From contig OY970277.1 in the NCBI GenBank assembly GCA_963715805.1, positions 2,844,368 to 2,908,367 of the forward strand: 64,000 nucleotides of DNA, read 5' to 3'. Shown piece by piece: positions 39,150 through 48,434 of this stretch; position 1 is the first letter of the stretch; every line of letters starts with the position of its first letter. Origin of the DNA: an uncultured Verrucomicrobiae bacterium. GTDB lineage: Bacteria; Verrucomicrobiota; Verrucomicrobiia; Chthoniobacterales; Chthoniobacteraceae. A program made the position numbers and the translations under genes. Under the pieces are notes generated by a model. It was not told the DNA's origin and did not search any database. It saw only the letters and a program-made list of their open reading frames with translations.

Positions 39150-39884
39150 ATGAAATTTCTGCTTGCGTCCGGAAGCTTTGTGACGCAAAGTAAACCCATG
39201 ACCGCCCGTGATGAAGCCGCCGCAGCCGCCGTCGCGGGGGAGGCCGAGGAAAACCTGCGCGTCATCCGTTCGCTCATGGAGAAGGCCACGGTTTACCGCG
39301 CCATCTCCGCCCCGGGCGCGCTCCTCGGGGGCGTTTTAGGGGTCGCTACCGCATTGTTGGGCGCTTGGCTCTCCCGCGATCCCGCCTACGCCGGCCCCGG
39401 TTTCTTCCTCGTTCCCTGGTTGCTCCTCCTGTGCGTCACCGCCGCGGCGAACGGCTTCCTGCTACGGCGGGATGCCCGGAAACGCGGCGACGCATTCATC
39501 TCACCGGGGATGAAACTGGTTCTCACCGCGATGTTCCCGGGCATGGCCGCGGGCGGGTTGTGCCTGCTGCTGGACAGCCGGGGCGGGCTCGCGGTGACCG
39601 CGTCCCTGTGGGTCTTGTGTTACGGTGTGAGCCTGCTTGCCGCGGCTCCGTTCGCCCCGGGGTCGATCCGCTGGCTGGGCTGGGTTTTCTTTACCACGGG
39701 GGCCGGATTGCTCGCGGCGGGGGCGGGGCTGTTCGCGATCGGCTATTCGCTTCCCGGAGCATCGGGGCGCTCCTACCCGGCTTTGCTCCCGCATGTCATC
39801 ATGGGCGCGACGTTCGGTCTTTTTCATGTCGTGTATGCCGCGTGCGCGTGGCCGCGGCGCACGCCCGCGGCGGATGTTCCATGA
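39150..39884 (+). CDS. hypothetical polytopic membrane protein
   Basis: Multiple hydrophobic helices; 244 aa. Confidence 0.45.
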   Translation: MKFLLASGSFVTQSKPMTARDEAAAAAVAGEAEENLRVIRSLMEKATVYRAISAPGALLGGVLGVATALLGAWLSRDPAYAGPGFFLVPWLLLLCVTAAANGFLLRRDARKRGDAFISPGMKLVLTAMFPGMAAGGLCLLLDSRGGLAVTASLWVLCYGVSLLAAAPFAPGSIRWLGWVFFTTGAGLLAAGAGLFAIGYSLPGASGRSYPALLPHVIMGATFGLFHVVYAACAWPRRTPAADVP

Positions 39885-40185
39885 AACGATGTTCGACTTC
39901 GATAAACTCGACAGGATCATCCACGAGAAGGGACGCCTCGGCATCATGACGCTGCTCGCCACCCGCCCGAGCTGGACGTTCCAGGACCTGAAGGCGGAGC
40001 TCCGCATGAGCGACGGCAACCTCGTGACCCACCTGCGGACATTGCACGAGAACGGTTACCTCTCGACCACCAAGGAAATCCTTACTCGGCCGCAGACAAG
40101 CTACGCGCTGACGGCGAAGGGGAGGAGCTCCTTCCAGGAATATCTGGCGGTGCTCGAGCAGATCGTAAAGGCGGGGCGAATCTGA
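39874..40185 (+). CDS. winged-helix (ArsR-like) transcriptional regulator
   Basis: GRLGIMTLLATRPSWTFQDLKAELRMSDGNLVTHLRTLHENGYLS. Confidence 0.6.
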   Translation: MFHETMFDFDKLDRIIHEKGRLGIMTLLATRPSWTFQDLKAELRMSDGNLVTHLRTLHENGYLSTTKEILTRPQTSYALTAKGRSSFQEYLAVLEQIVKAGRI

Positions 40186-40231
40186 ATTTTTTTTACCCGT
40201 TCACTTTGCCATACAAAGCTATGACCATCCC

Positions 40232-41071
40232 ATGAAAATCCTCCTAGCGGAACATTACGGCCTCTGCTTCGGCGTTCGCGACGCCATCGCCGAGGCGGAG
40301 CGCCTCGCGCTGCAAGGCCCGCTCACCATTCTCGGCGAGCTCGTCCACAACCCCGTCGTCCGCGAGCGCCTGGAGCGCCAGGGAGTGAGGGAGGGGCTCG
40401 CCCCCGCCACGGCCCGCGTCATGATCACCGCGCACGGCGTCTCGGACCGCAAACGCCAGGAATGGCGCGCCCGCGGCTTTGAAGTGGCGGACGGCACCTG
40501 CCCGCTCGTGGCGCACGCGCACCGGCAGCTCCGGCTCCTGGTTGAAGCCGGCTGGTTCCCGGTGGTGCTCGGCAAGGCGGGCCACGTCGAGGTGGAGGGA
40601 CTCATCGGCGATTTTCCGGGAGCATTCGTGCTCGGGTGCGAAGGGGACATCGCGCGGCTTCCGGACCACGGGCGTTACGGCGTCGTCTCGCAGACCACCC
40701 ACCCGCTTGACACCGCGCGCGCCCTCGTCGAGGCGATCCGCCGCGCGCGGCCTGCGAGCGAAGTCCGCTTCGTCGATACCGTGTGCCAGCCGACCAAGAA
40801 CAGACAGGGCGCGCTGCGAAAACTCCTGGCCGAGTGTGACACGGTGGTCGTCGTCGGCGGGCGCAACAGCAACAACACGCTCCAGCTAGCCGCCTCGGCC
40901 GCCGCCGCCGGCCTCCGCGTCTTCCATGTGACCACGGCGGCTGAACTGCGCGCCGAGTGGTTCGCCGGAGCGCGCGTCGTGGGGCTCACCGCCGGGACAT
41001 CGACCCTGAAGGAAACCGTCGCCGCGGTGCAGTCGCGCCTTGAGGAGATCAATGAAACACATCAACCCTGA
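40232..41071 (+). CDS. ispH: 4-hydroxy-3-methylbut-2-enyl diphosphate reductase
   Basis: MKILLAEHYGLCFGVRDAI...ITAHGVS...GTCPLV...SNNT. Confidence 0.9.
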   Translation: MKILLAEHYGLCFGVRDAIAEAERLALQGPLTILGELVHNPVVRERLERQGVREGLAPATARVMITAHGVSDRKRQEWRARGFEVADGTCPLVAHAHRQLRLLVEAGWFPVVLGKAGHVEVEGLIGDFPGAFVLGCEGDIARLPDHGRYGVVSQTTHPLDTARALVEAIRRARPASEVRFVDTVCQPTKNRQGALRKLLAECDTVVVVGGRNSNNTLQLAASAAAAGLRVFHVTTAAELRAEWFAGARVVGLTAGTSTLKETVAAVQSRLEEINETHQP

Positions 41072-42614
41072 GACCCCCTTCCGGACGAGGCTGCGGCCGC
41101 GCTGGCTGCCGCCCGAGATGATCCACCCCCCGTTTCTCGACCCCGCCGCCCCGGCCGGCCCGGTCGCGCCGCGCACGGCGCTGCTCATCAATCCGTTCTA
41201 CCCGAAGGACGGGCACGCGAGCTTCGGCAAGCACGTGCTCACTCCCTCGCTGGCCCTCACGAGCCTTGCCGGGGCCACGCCGGAGCATTGGGCCGTCGAA
41301 TACTGGGATGAAAATCTGCTCCAGGGCCGGCCTCCGTTCGAGCCGCTGCCGGAGGTGGTCGGCATCACCGTCCACCTCACTTTCGCGCAGCGGGCGTACG
41401 CGCTGGCGGGGTGGTATCGGTCGCGCGGGAGCAAGGTCATCCTGGGAGGGCTGCACGTCCTCTCGTGCCCGGAGGAAGCGGCGCCCCACGCCGACGCGCT
41501 GGCGATCGGGGATGGCGTCCAGCTCTGGCCGCGCATCCTGGCGGATGTCGAACGCGGGGCGCTCGAGCCCGCGTATCGCGCGATGTATGACAACGACTAC
41601 CGCGACGACCCCGCCCCGAGGCGGGCGCTCGCGCCGCGCCGGAGTTTCCTCACCACCACGAGCCTCATCGCCACGCGGGGCTGCCATAATCGATGCGGCT
41701 TCTGCTTCCTCTCCACGGAAGGGCTCCGGATGCCATACAAGGTGCGGGACGTGGAGCAGATCGTCACCGAGTTTTCGCAGAACGGCCAGCCCTACGCCGT
41801 TTTCATCGACAACAACCTCGGCTCGCGGCCGGAGTATCTGCGCGCCCTGTGCAAGGGGATGCGCCCGCTCGAAAAAATCTGGAGCGCCGCGGTCACGCTC
41901 GACATCACCGACGACCCGTCCATCGTGCGCGAGATGGCTCTGGCGGGCTGCACCGGAGTCTTCATCGGCTTCGAGAGCCTCTCGGACTCGAACCTGGCCG
42001 GGGCGCGCAAACGCACGCCGCGCACCGCCGATTACTCCCGGCGCGTCCGCATCCTGCACGACCACGGCATCCAGGTGAACGGCAGTTTCGTGCTCGGCTT
42101 CGACGGCGACCGGCGGGATGTCTTCGCGGCCACGGCGGAATGGATCGAGGAGAACCGGCTTGAGTGCGCCACCTTCCACATCCTCACGCCGTACCCCGGC
42201 ACGCCGCTCTTCCGGCAGATGGAGAGCGAAGGCCGCCTCCTGCACACGGACTGGACACGGTACGACACCGCGCACGTCGTCTTCCGCCCGAAGCAGATGA
42301 CGCCGGAGGAACTCGCGCACGGCTACGGGTGGATCTACCAGCGGCTCTTCTCGCACGCATCCATCTGGCGGCGGCGCCCGGAGGATTGGCGGGCGGTCGC
42401 GCCGTATCTGGCCATGTCGTATCTCTACAAGCGTTCGAACCGGTTCTGGCGGTTCCTCATCAAATACCGGCTCGTCCACGCGGTCTGGCACCCGCTGGTG
42501 GAATGGACGCGGCGGAGGCACCTCTTATTTCGCGCGCGGCTGCTCGCCCTGCGCGACGCGCCGGCGGAGAAGGGAACGTTGCGGGCTGCGACCGTCGTCT
42601 CCGCGGGAGTATGA
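41052..42614 (+). CDS. B12-binding-domain radical SAM protein (class B)
   Basis: N-terminal cobalamin-binding-like domain, CHNRCGFCF (CxxxCxxC). Confidence 0.8.
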   Translation: MKHINPETPFRTRLRPRWLPPEMIHPPFLDPAAPAGPVAPRTALLINPFYPKDGHASFGKHVLTPSLALTSLAGATPEHWAVEYWDENLLQGRPPFEPLPEVVGITVHLTFAQRAYALAGWYRSRGSKVILGGLHVLSCPEEAAPHADALAIGDGVQLWPRILADVERGALEPAYRAMYDNDYRDDPAPRRALAPRRSFLTTTSLIATRGCHNRCGFCFLSTEGLRMPYKVRDVEQIVTEFSQNGQPYAVFIDNNLGSRPEYLRALCKGMRPLEKIWSAAVTLDITDDPSIVREMALAGCTGVFIGFESLSDSNLAGARKRTPRTADYSRRVRILHDHGIQVNGSFVLGFDGDRRDVFAATAEWIEENRLECATFHILTPYPGTPLFRQMESEGRLLHTDWTRYDTAHVVFRPKQMTPEELAHGYGWIYQRLFSHASIWRRRPEDWRAVAPYLAMSYLYKRSNRFWRFLIKYRLVHAVWHPLVEWTRRRHLLFRARLLALRDAPAEKGTLRAATVVSAGV

Positions 42615-42626
42615 GGCCGCGCGGCG
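42579..42626 (+). repeat. 48-bp direct repeat copy A (3' end and stop of the radical SAM gene)
   Basis: gttgcgggctgcgaccgtcgtctccgcgggagtatgaggccgcgcggc vs copy B with 2 mismatches. Confidence 0.85.
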
Positions 42627-42788
42627 GTAACCTCCGATGATGATCCAGGGGACGCGACCGCGCGGGCATCGGAAGCGATCCTAGATCAACGACACACCAG
42701 CAATTAGAGGGAGAAAACGCATCATGGTAAGGGTTGGATAACCGGTTGACCTCTGCATCGGAGAGCGATTTTTGTCGTTGGAGGCTGA

Positions 42789-44018
42789 TCAATTTTTTAG
42801 GGCATGATCCGGCGGCAGGTCTTCACCGGACCAGATTCGCTTTTGCGTCCACGGTTGATCGAGGCCGGTCCAGAATGGATCGTCGGCTGGCAGTCCCAAG
42901 TGTAGGAAACCTTCCGTACACAGAAAGACACTTCCTCGGCTAATATAGCCTTCGGCAATCTTTGGCTGTAAGCCGATCACCCCGATGTTCAACCAACCTT
43001 GGTCATCAAATGTGCCTGGCGCCTCGATCATGCGATGGATAACCGCGTTCAGCGCGGCTCGCACGCCATGAGGAGAAAGATTTTCCGGCAACCGGTGACG
43101 GAGCGCGACTAAGGAAAGGGTTTGAAAGGCCCCAAACCGGTATACGGAAGAGCGGCCGATGATCGGATAGGTTCCTTCCGGCGAGATCAATCTTTCCTGC
43201 TCCACGGCATAGCGCTGGGCGTGCTGCTGGATGAGAGCATAGCTTTGTGCAAGGGGCAGCTTTTTTTGGTCACAAATTTCCAGGACCTCCCAGAGCATCG
43301 GTTGGATCACGAAGCTGTTGTAATAATCCCAGTGGAAAGTGGCTCCATCACCGTAAACGCCATCCCCTTTATACCAAAGCAAGTGGTCGTTGATCGCGGT
43401 TTCGATGGGGGCCATTTCACATTCGCCGGTGAATTCGAGAAGCGCCGCCTCCACCTCGGCGCTGAAGAGAACCCAGTTATTGGCCCCAGGTTTGTAAACG
43501 CGGGAGGATTTCAATGCTTCGATGAGCTGCCTTCGTGTTTTGTCGTCCAAGTTGCCCCAGAGTTGCTTGGGGGCGCGCAATAAAGCCTGCGCCAAAAATC
43601 CACAGTCCACCAAGGGCTGCCCTCCTTGGGTAAAATTCATGAACGCGGGCGATTGAGGATCGACCGCATGACCGATGGATTTTACAGCCAGGGCAATATA
43701 CTTGGCGCGCAATTGCCCTTCTGCATCGGCGCCGGGCCCCAACTCCAGCCAGGGAGCAATGCCACAGAGGGTGCGCCCCAACGCTTCGAGGGGGGCATAC
43801 CTCTCCCGCCTTGGATCACTGTGGGGCAGCTCCTGCGCGAGCTTGCCTTCTGCCCCGGCGGTCAACACCGGGTTCACTATCTTGACCAGCACGGCCACCT
43901 GGTAAGCTCTTTCCGATGGGCCGTCTGTTCCAGCCGGAGGGGAGTCAGCTCTTGCGATGAGGGTAGACAGGAGAAAGACGCAGCTCCAGCCCCCGAGTGT
44001 CATGAGGCTTTTTTTCAT
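42789..44018 (-). CDS. DUF2264-like secreted protein (glycoside-hydrolase-associated family), in a lower-GC insert
   Basis: Signal peptide MKKSLMTLGGWSCVFLLSTLIARA; YGDGATFHWDYYNSFVIQPML motif; local GC visibly lower than flanks. Confidence 0.5.
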   Translation of the reverse strand: MKKSLMTLGGWSCVFLLSTLIARADSPPAGTDGPSERAYQVAVLVKIVNPVLTAGAEGKLAQELPHSDPRRERYAPLEALGRTLCGIAPWLELGPGADAEGQLRAKYIALAVKSIGHAVDPQSPAFMNFTQGGQPLVDCGFLAQALLRAPKQLWGNLDDKTRRQLIEALKSSRVYKPGANNWVLFSAEVEAALLEFTGECEMAPIETAINDHLLWYKGDGVYGDGATFHWDYYNSFVIQPMLWEVLEICDQKKLPLAQSYALIQQHAQRYAVEQERLISPEGTYPIIGRSSVYRFGAFQTLSLVALRHRLPENLSPHGVRAALNAVIHRMIEAPGTFDDQGWLNIGVIGLQPKIAEGYISRGSVFLCTEGFLHLGLPADDPFWTGLDQPWTQKRIWSGEDLPPDHALKN

Positions 44019-44052
44019 TTGCCTGGAGCTTGAGCGGAAATGCGCAGGGGAG

Positions 44053-44099
44053 TTGCGGGCTGAGGCCGTCGTCTCCGCGGGAGTATGAGGCCGCGCGGC
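44053..44099 (+). repeat. 48-bp direct repeat copy B
   Basis: gttgcgggctgaggccgtcgtctccgcgggagtatgaggccgcgcggc. Confidence 0.85.
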
Positions 44100-44602
44100 C
44101 TCAGTGCAGGCGGCCCGTGTCGAGCGACGAACCTGGCAGGCTCGGCGCTCCGAGCAGCGCCGGTGTCGGCGTGGGATCCGGAGTCGCAGCGACGGGCGGC
44201 GGGGTCGCAACCGGGCTGGCGGACGCCGCGGGCTCCGGCGCGGTGGCGGACGAGGCAGCCGCCGGTTTCGGGGCGGAAGGCGGCTTCAAGCTGTTGAATG
44301 CGGCCTGCGGAATCTGCAGGAGGTCGGAGGGCGTCGCGCCGAAGATGACAAGGACGAAGAGCGCCAGGACGACGATGGCTATGAGCGAGGGGATCCATGC
44401 CGAGCCGCGGACTGTTCGGTGCGTCTTCATCAAAAGGGATCCCATCCTGCACAAATATCCCGCGATACGCAAGCGGCCGTCTCCAAAGAGCGGGACGAAA
44501 GCCTTCTCACCCGCCCGGCGGGGTGTTACGGTTCCCGTGCCATTTATGGATTCTGGTGCCGGAGAGAAGGAAAAGACGCGCAGGGGATATCCGCGGCTTC
44601 GG

Positions 44603-46498
44603 ATGTGGAAATTGGCGCTCCCGCTTCTGGCGACGGGGCTTTTGGCGTGGGACGCGCAGGCGGCCACCATCGTCTTGAAAAACGGGGCGACCTATGCGGG
44701 CGTCACGATTCTCAGCCGGACGGCGGCCGCCCTGGCGGTGCAGACGAAGTTCGGCGACATGACGATCCCCATCCAGCAAGTGGCCACGATCGACGGCGAG
44801 CCGGCCGTGCCGCCCGTCCGCGTCGCCGCTCCGGCGCCTCCGGCCGTCAACCCCGTGCCGCCGCCGGCCCCGGCTTCGCCCGGCGCGGCAAGTGGCGCCA
44901 TTTCCCCGGCGCCGGCAGCTCATGGCAAGGCGGCCAGCCCAGTGCCGCCCCCGCCCCCGGGAGCGGAGCCCTCCGCCGCCCCCCGTCTGGACGGCGCATC
45001 GAGCTCCGGCCCGCCCTATTCGCATGACACGCGCATGGACGTGCTCATCGCGGCGTGCGCCGCGGCGGTCTGCATCTGGCTGGTCACGTTGGTGCTCACG
45101 CAAAAGGAACTGCGAGTGCATTCGCCCAGGGCCGTCGCGTGGAACATCCTGCCCCTGCTGGCGCCGATAGCCGGCTACCTCGTTTTTGTGGTTTACCGCT
45201 TCTTCGCCGCGTGGAGGAAGAGAGTCGTGGATAAGGCGAAGATACCCCCGCCCTTCTTTTCGATGGAGGAACCGACGCCCGCGGACGACGCCTCCCTGAA
45301 ATTCGTATTTGAAAACGTCGCGCCGCAGGCCCCGCCCGAGGCTGCGGACGGCGAAGCGGGCATCGAAACCGCGCGCCGTCTGCTGGAGGAAGCGGTCGCC
45401 GCGCGCACCAGCGACGTGCATGTGGAGCCGCAGGAGAACGAATACCGCGTCCGTTTCCGGATCGACGGGGTGCTCGAGGAACGCGCCGTGCTCGGCAAAC
45501 TCGAGGGCGTCCGCGTGGTCTCCGCATTGAAGGCCCTGGGGAAGATCGACATCGCCGAGAAGCGCAAGGCTCAGGACGGGCGTTTCCAGACCCGCATCGG
45601 GAACCGCGATGTCGATATGCGCATCGCCACCGCCGCGTCGATCTATGGCGAAAAGATGGTGATCCGCATCCTGGATCGCAAGGGGGGCATCTTCGGGCTC
45701 GCGGAACTCGGCATGTCGCAGGAGATGATCGACACGTTCAACGCGGCCATCCATTCGCGCAACGGGATGATCCTCGCCACCGGCCCGACCGGCGCGGGCA
45801 AGACTTCGACGCTGTATGCGGCCATCAGCCAGCTGGACCGGAAACGGCTCAACATCATGACCATCGAGGATCCCGTCGAATACAAGCTCGAGGGCTCGAC
45901 CCAGATCCCGGTGAACGTCGCGGCGGGCGTCTCGTACGAGTCGGGCTTGCGCTCGATCCTGCGGCAGGATCCCGATGTCATCCTTGTCGGGGAAATGCGC
46001 GACGCCGAGGCCGCGAAGATCGCGATGCGCGCGGCCCTCACCGGGACTCTCGTGTTCAGTTCACTGCACACGCAGGATGCGCTCAACACCATCCTGCGGC
46101 TGGAGGAGATGGGCGTGGAGCCCGCGCAGATGGGCTCGGCGCTGCTCATGGTCATCGCGCAACGCCTCGTCCGCGTTCTCTGCGAGGCGTGCCGCGAGCC
46201 GTATGCCTGCGAAAAGGAAGAGCTCTTCGAGATCGGCATCGAGCTTCCCGCGGGCGAGACGATCTACCGCGCGAAGGGGTGCCCGGAGTGTTCGCAGTCC
46301 GGCTACCTCGGGCGCACGGGCATCTTCGAACTGCTGGTGCTCGACGACGAAATGCGGCAGGCTGTCAGCCGCCAGGCGCCGCAGGAGGAGATCATCGAGC
46401 TCGCGCGGGCGCGGAATTTCACCGGCTACCGCGAGGCGGGCGCGTGGAAAGTGCTTTCGGGCATCACGACCGTCGAGGAGGTTCTGGCGACCGGCTGA
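44603..46498 (+). CDS. GspE/PilB-family secretion ATPase with an unusual ~240-aa N-terminal extension (signal/anchor, small beta-rich domain, Pro-rich linker, TM segments)
   Basis: ATPase core ...ATGPTGAGKTSTLYA (Walker A), ...ILVGEMRD..., Zn-binding CEAC...CPEC tetracysteine; N-terminus MWKLALPLLATGLLAWDAQAATIVLKNGATYAG... Confidence 0.75.
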   Translation: MWKLALPLLATGLLAWDAQAATIVLKNGATYAGVTILSRTAAALAVQTKFGDMTIPIQQVATIDGEPAVPPVRVAAPAPPAVNPVPPPAPASPGAASGAISPAPAAHGKAASPVPPPPPGAEPSAAPRLDGASSSGPPYSHDTRMDVLIAACAAAVCIWLVTLVLTQKELRVHSPRAVAWNILPLLAPIAGYLVFVVYRFFAAWRKRVVDKAKIPPPFFSMEEPTPADDASLKFVFENVAPQAPPEAADGEAGIETARRLLEEAVAARTSDVHVEPQENEYRVRFRIDGVLEERAVLGKLEGVRVVSALKALGKIDIAEKRKAQDGRFQTRIGNRDVDMRIATAASIYGEKMVIRILDRKGGIFGLAELGMSQEMIDTFNAAIHSRNGMILATGPTGAGKTSTLYAAISQLDRKRLNIMTIEDPVEYKLEGSTQIPVNVAAGVSYESGLRSILRQDPDVILVGEMRDAEAAKIAMRAALTGTLVFSSLHTQDALNTILRLEEMGVEPAQMGSALLMVIAQRLVRVLCEACREPYACEKEELFEIGIELPAGETIYRAKGCPECSQSGYLGRTGIFELLVLDDEMRQAVSRQAPQEEIIELARARNFTGYREAGAWKVLSGITTVEEVLATG

Positions 46499-46508
46499 AT
46501 TTTTGACC

Positions 46509-47063
46509 ATGGAAATCATCAGCTACGCGGGGATTCTGGTTGTGCTGGTCGGCGGATGGCTCTGCCGCAAGGAACGGGTGTTCATCGCGCTCGCCACCGC
46601 GCTCGCCGCCATCTTCGCCGCGGCCATCACGTTGAGGTGCTGGTGGCTTTTGGCCCGGGTGCTCGCGCCGTGGTTCCCGCCTGCGGAGCTCTGTTTCGGC
46701 TGTTACTGGCTGCCGTTCGGGTTCTTCTATTTTCTCCTGCTCAAGTTGAAGGACGGCGTGGACGAGCGGGACACCCCCGTATATCCCGCATTCGTGAACC
46801 GCATCCTGTCGCCGCTTTTGATGGCGGTGCCGTTCGCCGTTTTCCTGTGCGGCATCCTGGCGAGCGTGCAGATCTCGCTGCCCGAGGCGTCGGCGAGCTA
46901 CGAACCGGACGAGATGCCGATCCGCTGGGACCGGCTCATGATCACCGCCTACCAGTCCATCGAAGACAAGGTCTGCAAGATCCCCGCGTCCGATCCCGCG
47001 CATACCCGTTTCCCGAAGGCTACGATCCCCCACGGCGTTCCGACCGATCCCCTCTGGGAATAG
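46509..47063 (+). CDS. hypothetical membrane protein
   Basis: 4-5 hydrophobic helices; follows the ATPase gene after 10 nt. Confidence 0.45.
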   Translation: MEIISYAGILVVLVGGWLCRKERVFIALATALAAIFAAAITLRCWWLLARVLAPWFPPAELCFGCYWLPFGFFYFLLLKLKDGVDERDTPVYPAFVNRILSPLLMAVPFAVFLCGILASVQISLPEASASYEPDEMPIRWDRLMITAYQSIEDKVCKIPASDPAHTRFPKATIPHGVPTDPLWE

Positions 47064-47078
47064 GACGGTCAATTCCGC

Positions 47079-48434
47079 TCAGACCGGCAGCACCTCGCAG
47101 AGAGCATCCCACAGCGCCTCCGCCATCTGCTCGAGCTGCCGGTCGGTGCTGCAATAGGGCGGCATCAACACCAGCACGTCGCCTATGGGCCGCGTCAGCA
47201 GCCCCCGGTTGCGCGCCGCTTCGCATATCCGGAACCCCGTCCGCCCGGAGTAGGGGAACGCCTCCCGCGTCCTGAAGTCCCGCACGAGCTCGATGGCGCA
47301 GATCATCCCTTCCCGCCGCACGTCGCCCACGTTCGGGTGTTCCCAGAACCGCGCGGCCAGCGAACCCAGCGCCTTCCCCTTTGCCTGGATGTATTCCGGC
47401 GTGTGATCCGTCCTTAAGAGCGCGAGGCTCGCGAGCGAGGCGGCGCAGCCGAGCGCGTTGCCCGAGTAGCTGTGCCCGTGGAAGAATGTCCGGGAGAAAT
47501 CCCCCAGGAACGCCTCGAAAATCTCTGCCGAAGCTACCGTGGCCGCGATGGGGAGATACCCTCCGCTCATCCCCTTGGCCAGCGCCACCACGTCCGGCGT
47601 CGCGGCTTCCTTTTGGAAGGCGAACATCTCCCCCGTCCTGCCGAAGCCGGTGAGGACCTCGTCCAGCATGAGCCAGACTCCGCGCTCCTTGCAACTGCGG
47701 GCGGCGTGCTCAAGGTAACCGGGCGGGTGCATCGCCATTCCGGCCGCGCCTTGCACCCGGGGCTCCAGCACGAAAGCCGACGCGGAGCCGCCGAGAGCGT
47801 CGAGTGCGGCGTCCAGCAGCCCGGTGCATTCCCAATTGCACATGCGCGAGTGGCGCGCATCGGCGCCCGGCTCCGGCTCGGCCCGGTTATACGGGCAGCG
47901 GTAGCACGCGGGGCTCATCACCTCCGTCGTCTGGAAAAGGAGCGGGTTGTAAACCCGGTGGAAGAGCGCGCTGTGCCCGGCGCTCATCGCTCCCACCGTG
48001 TCGCCATGGTAGCCGCCCGCGAGCGAAACGAACGCCCTCCGCTCCGGCTCGCCCCGTTGCATGCGCGCCTGGAAGATCATCTTCAAGCCTGCCTCGATCG
48101 CCGTGGAGCCGTCGTCGGAGAGGAACACCTTGTAACCTTCGAGGCCGAGAGCCTGCACGAGTTCGCGCGCGAGCCGCGGCGCGACGGCGTTGGTGAGCCC
48201 GAGGAAGGAGCTGTGCGCGATCCGCCCGAGCTGCTCCAGGATCGCCCGGTCGATCTCGGGCCGGCGATGCCCGTGGAGATTCGTCCAGATGGACGAATTG
48301 CCATCGAGGTATTCGCGCCCTTTTTCGTCGCGCAGGACCGCGCCTTCGCCCTCCGCGATCACGACCGGCTCGCCCGCGATCCAATCCCCCATCTGCGTGA
48401 AGGGATGCCACAGGGTGCGCTCGTCGTCGTTCAT
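47079..48434 (-). CDS. bioA: adenosylmethionine-8-amino-7-oxononanoate aminotransferase
   Basis: MNDDERTLWHPFTQM..., class-III aminotransferase motifs, ...DEV.TGFGRTG...; 451 aa. Confidence 0.9.
   Translation of the reverse strand: MNDDERTLWHPFTQMGDWIAGEPVVIAEGEGAVLRDEKGREYLDGNSSIWTNLHGHRRPEIDRAILEQLGRIAHSSFLGLTNAVAPRLARELVQALGLEGYKVFLSDDGSTAIEAGLKMIFQARMQRGEPERRAFVSLAGGYHGDTVGAMSAGHSALFHRVYNPLLFQTTEVMSPACYRCPYNRAEPEPGADARHSRMCNWECTGLLDAALDALGGSASAFVLEPRVQGAAGMAMHPPGYLEHAARSCKERGVWLMLDEVLTGFGRTGEMFAFQKEAATPDVVALAKGMSGGYLPIAATVASAEIFEAFLGDFSRTFFHGHSYSGNALGCAASLASLALLRTDHTPEYIQAKGKALGSLAARFWEHPNVGDVRREGMICAIELVRDFRTREAFPYSGRTGFRICEAARNRGLLTRPIGDVLVLMPPYCSTDRQLEQMAEALWDALCEVLPV

Noticed and set aside
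41049-42521. 490-aa minus ORF opposite the radical SAM gene; also 44507..45754, 52660..54306, 54661..56961, 22039..23184
   Set aside because: All antisense to well-supported genes with low-complexity R/G/A/P-rich translations
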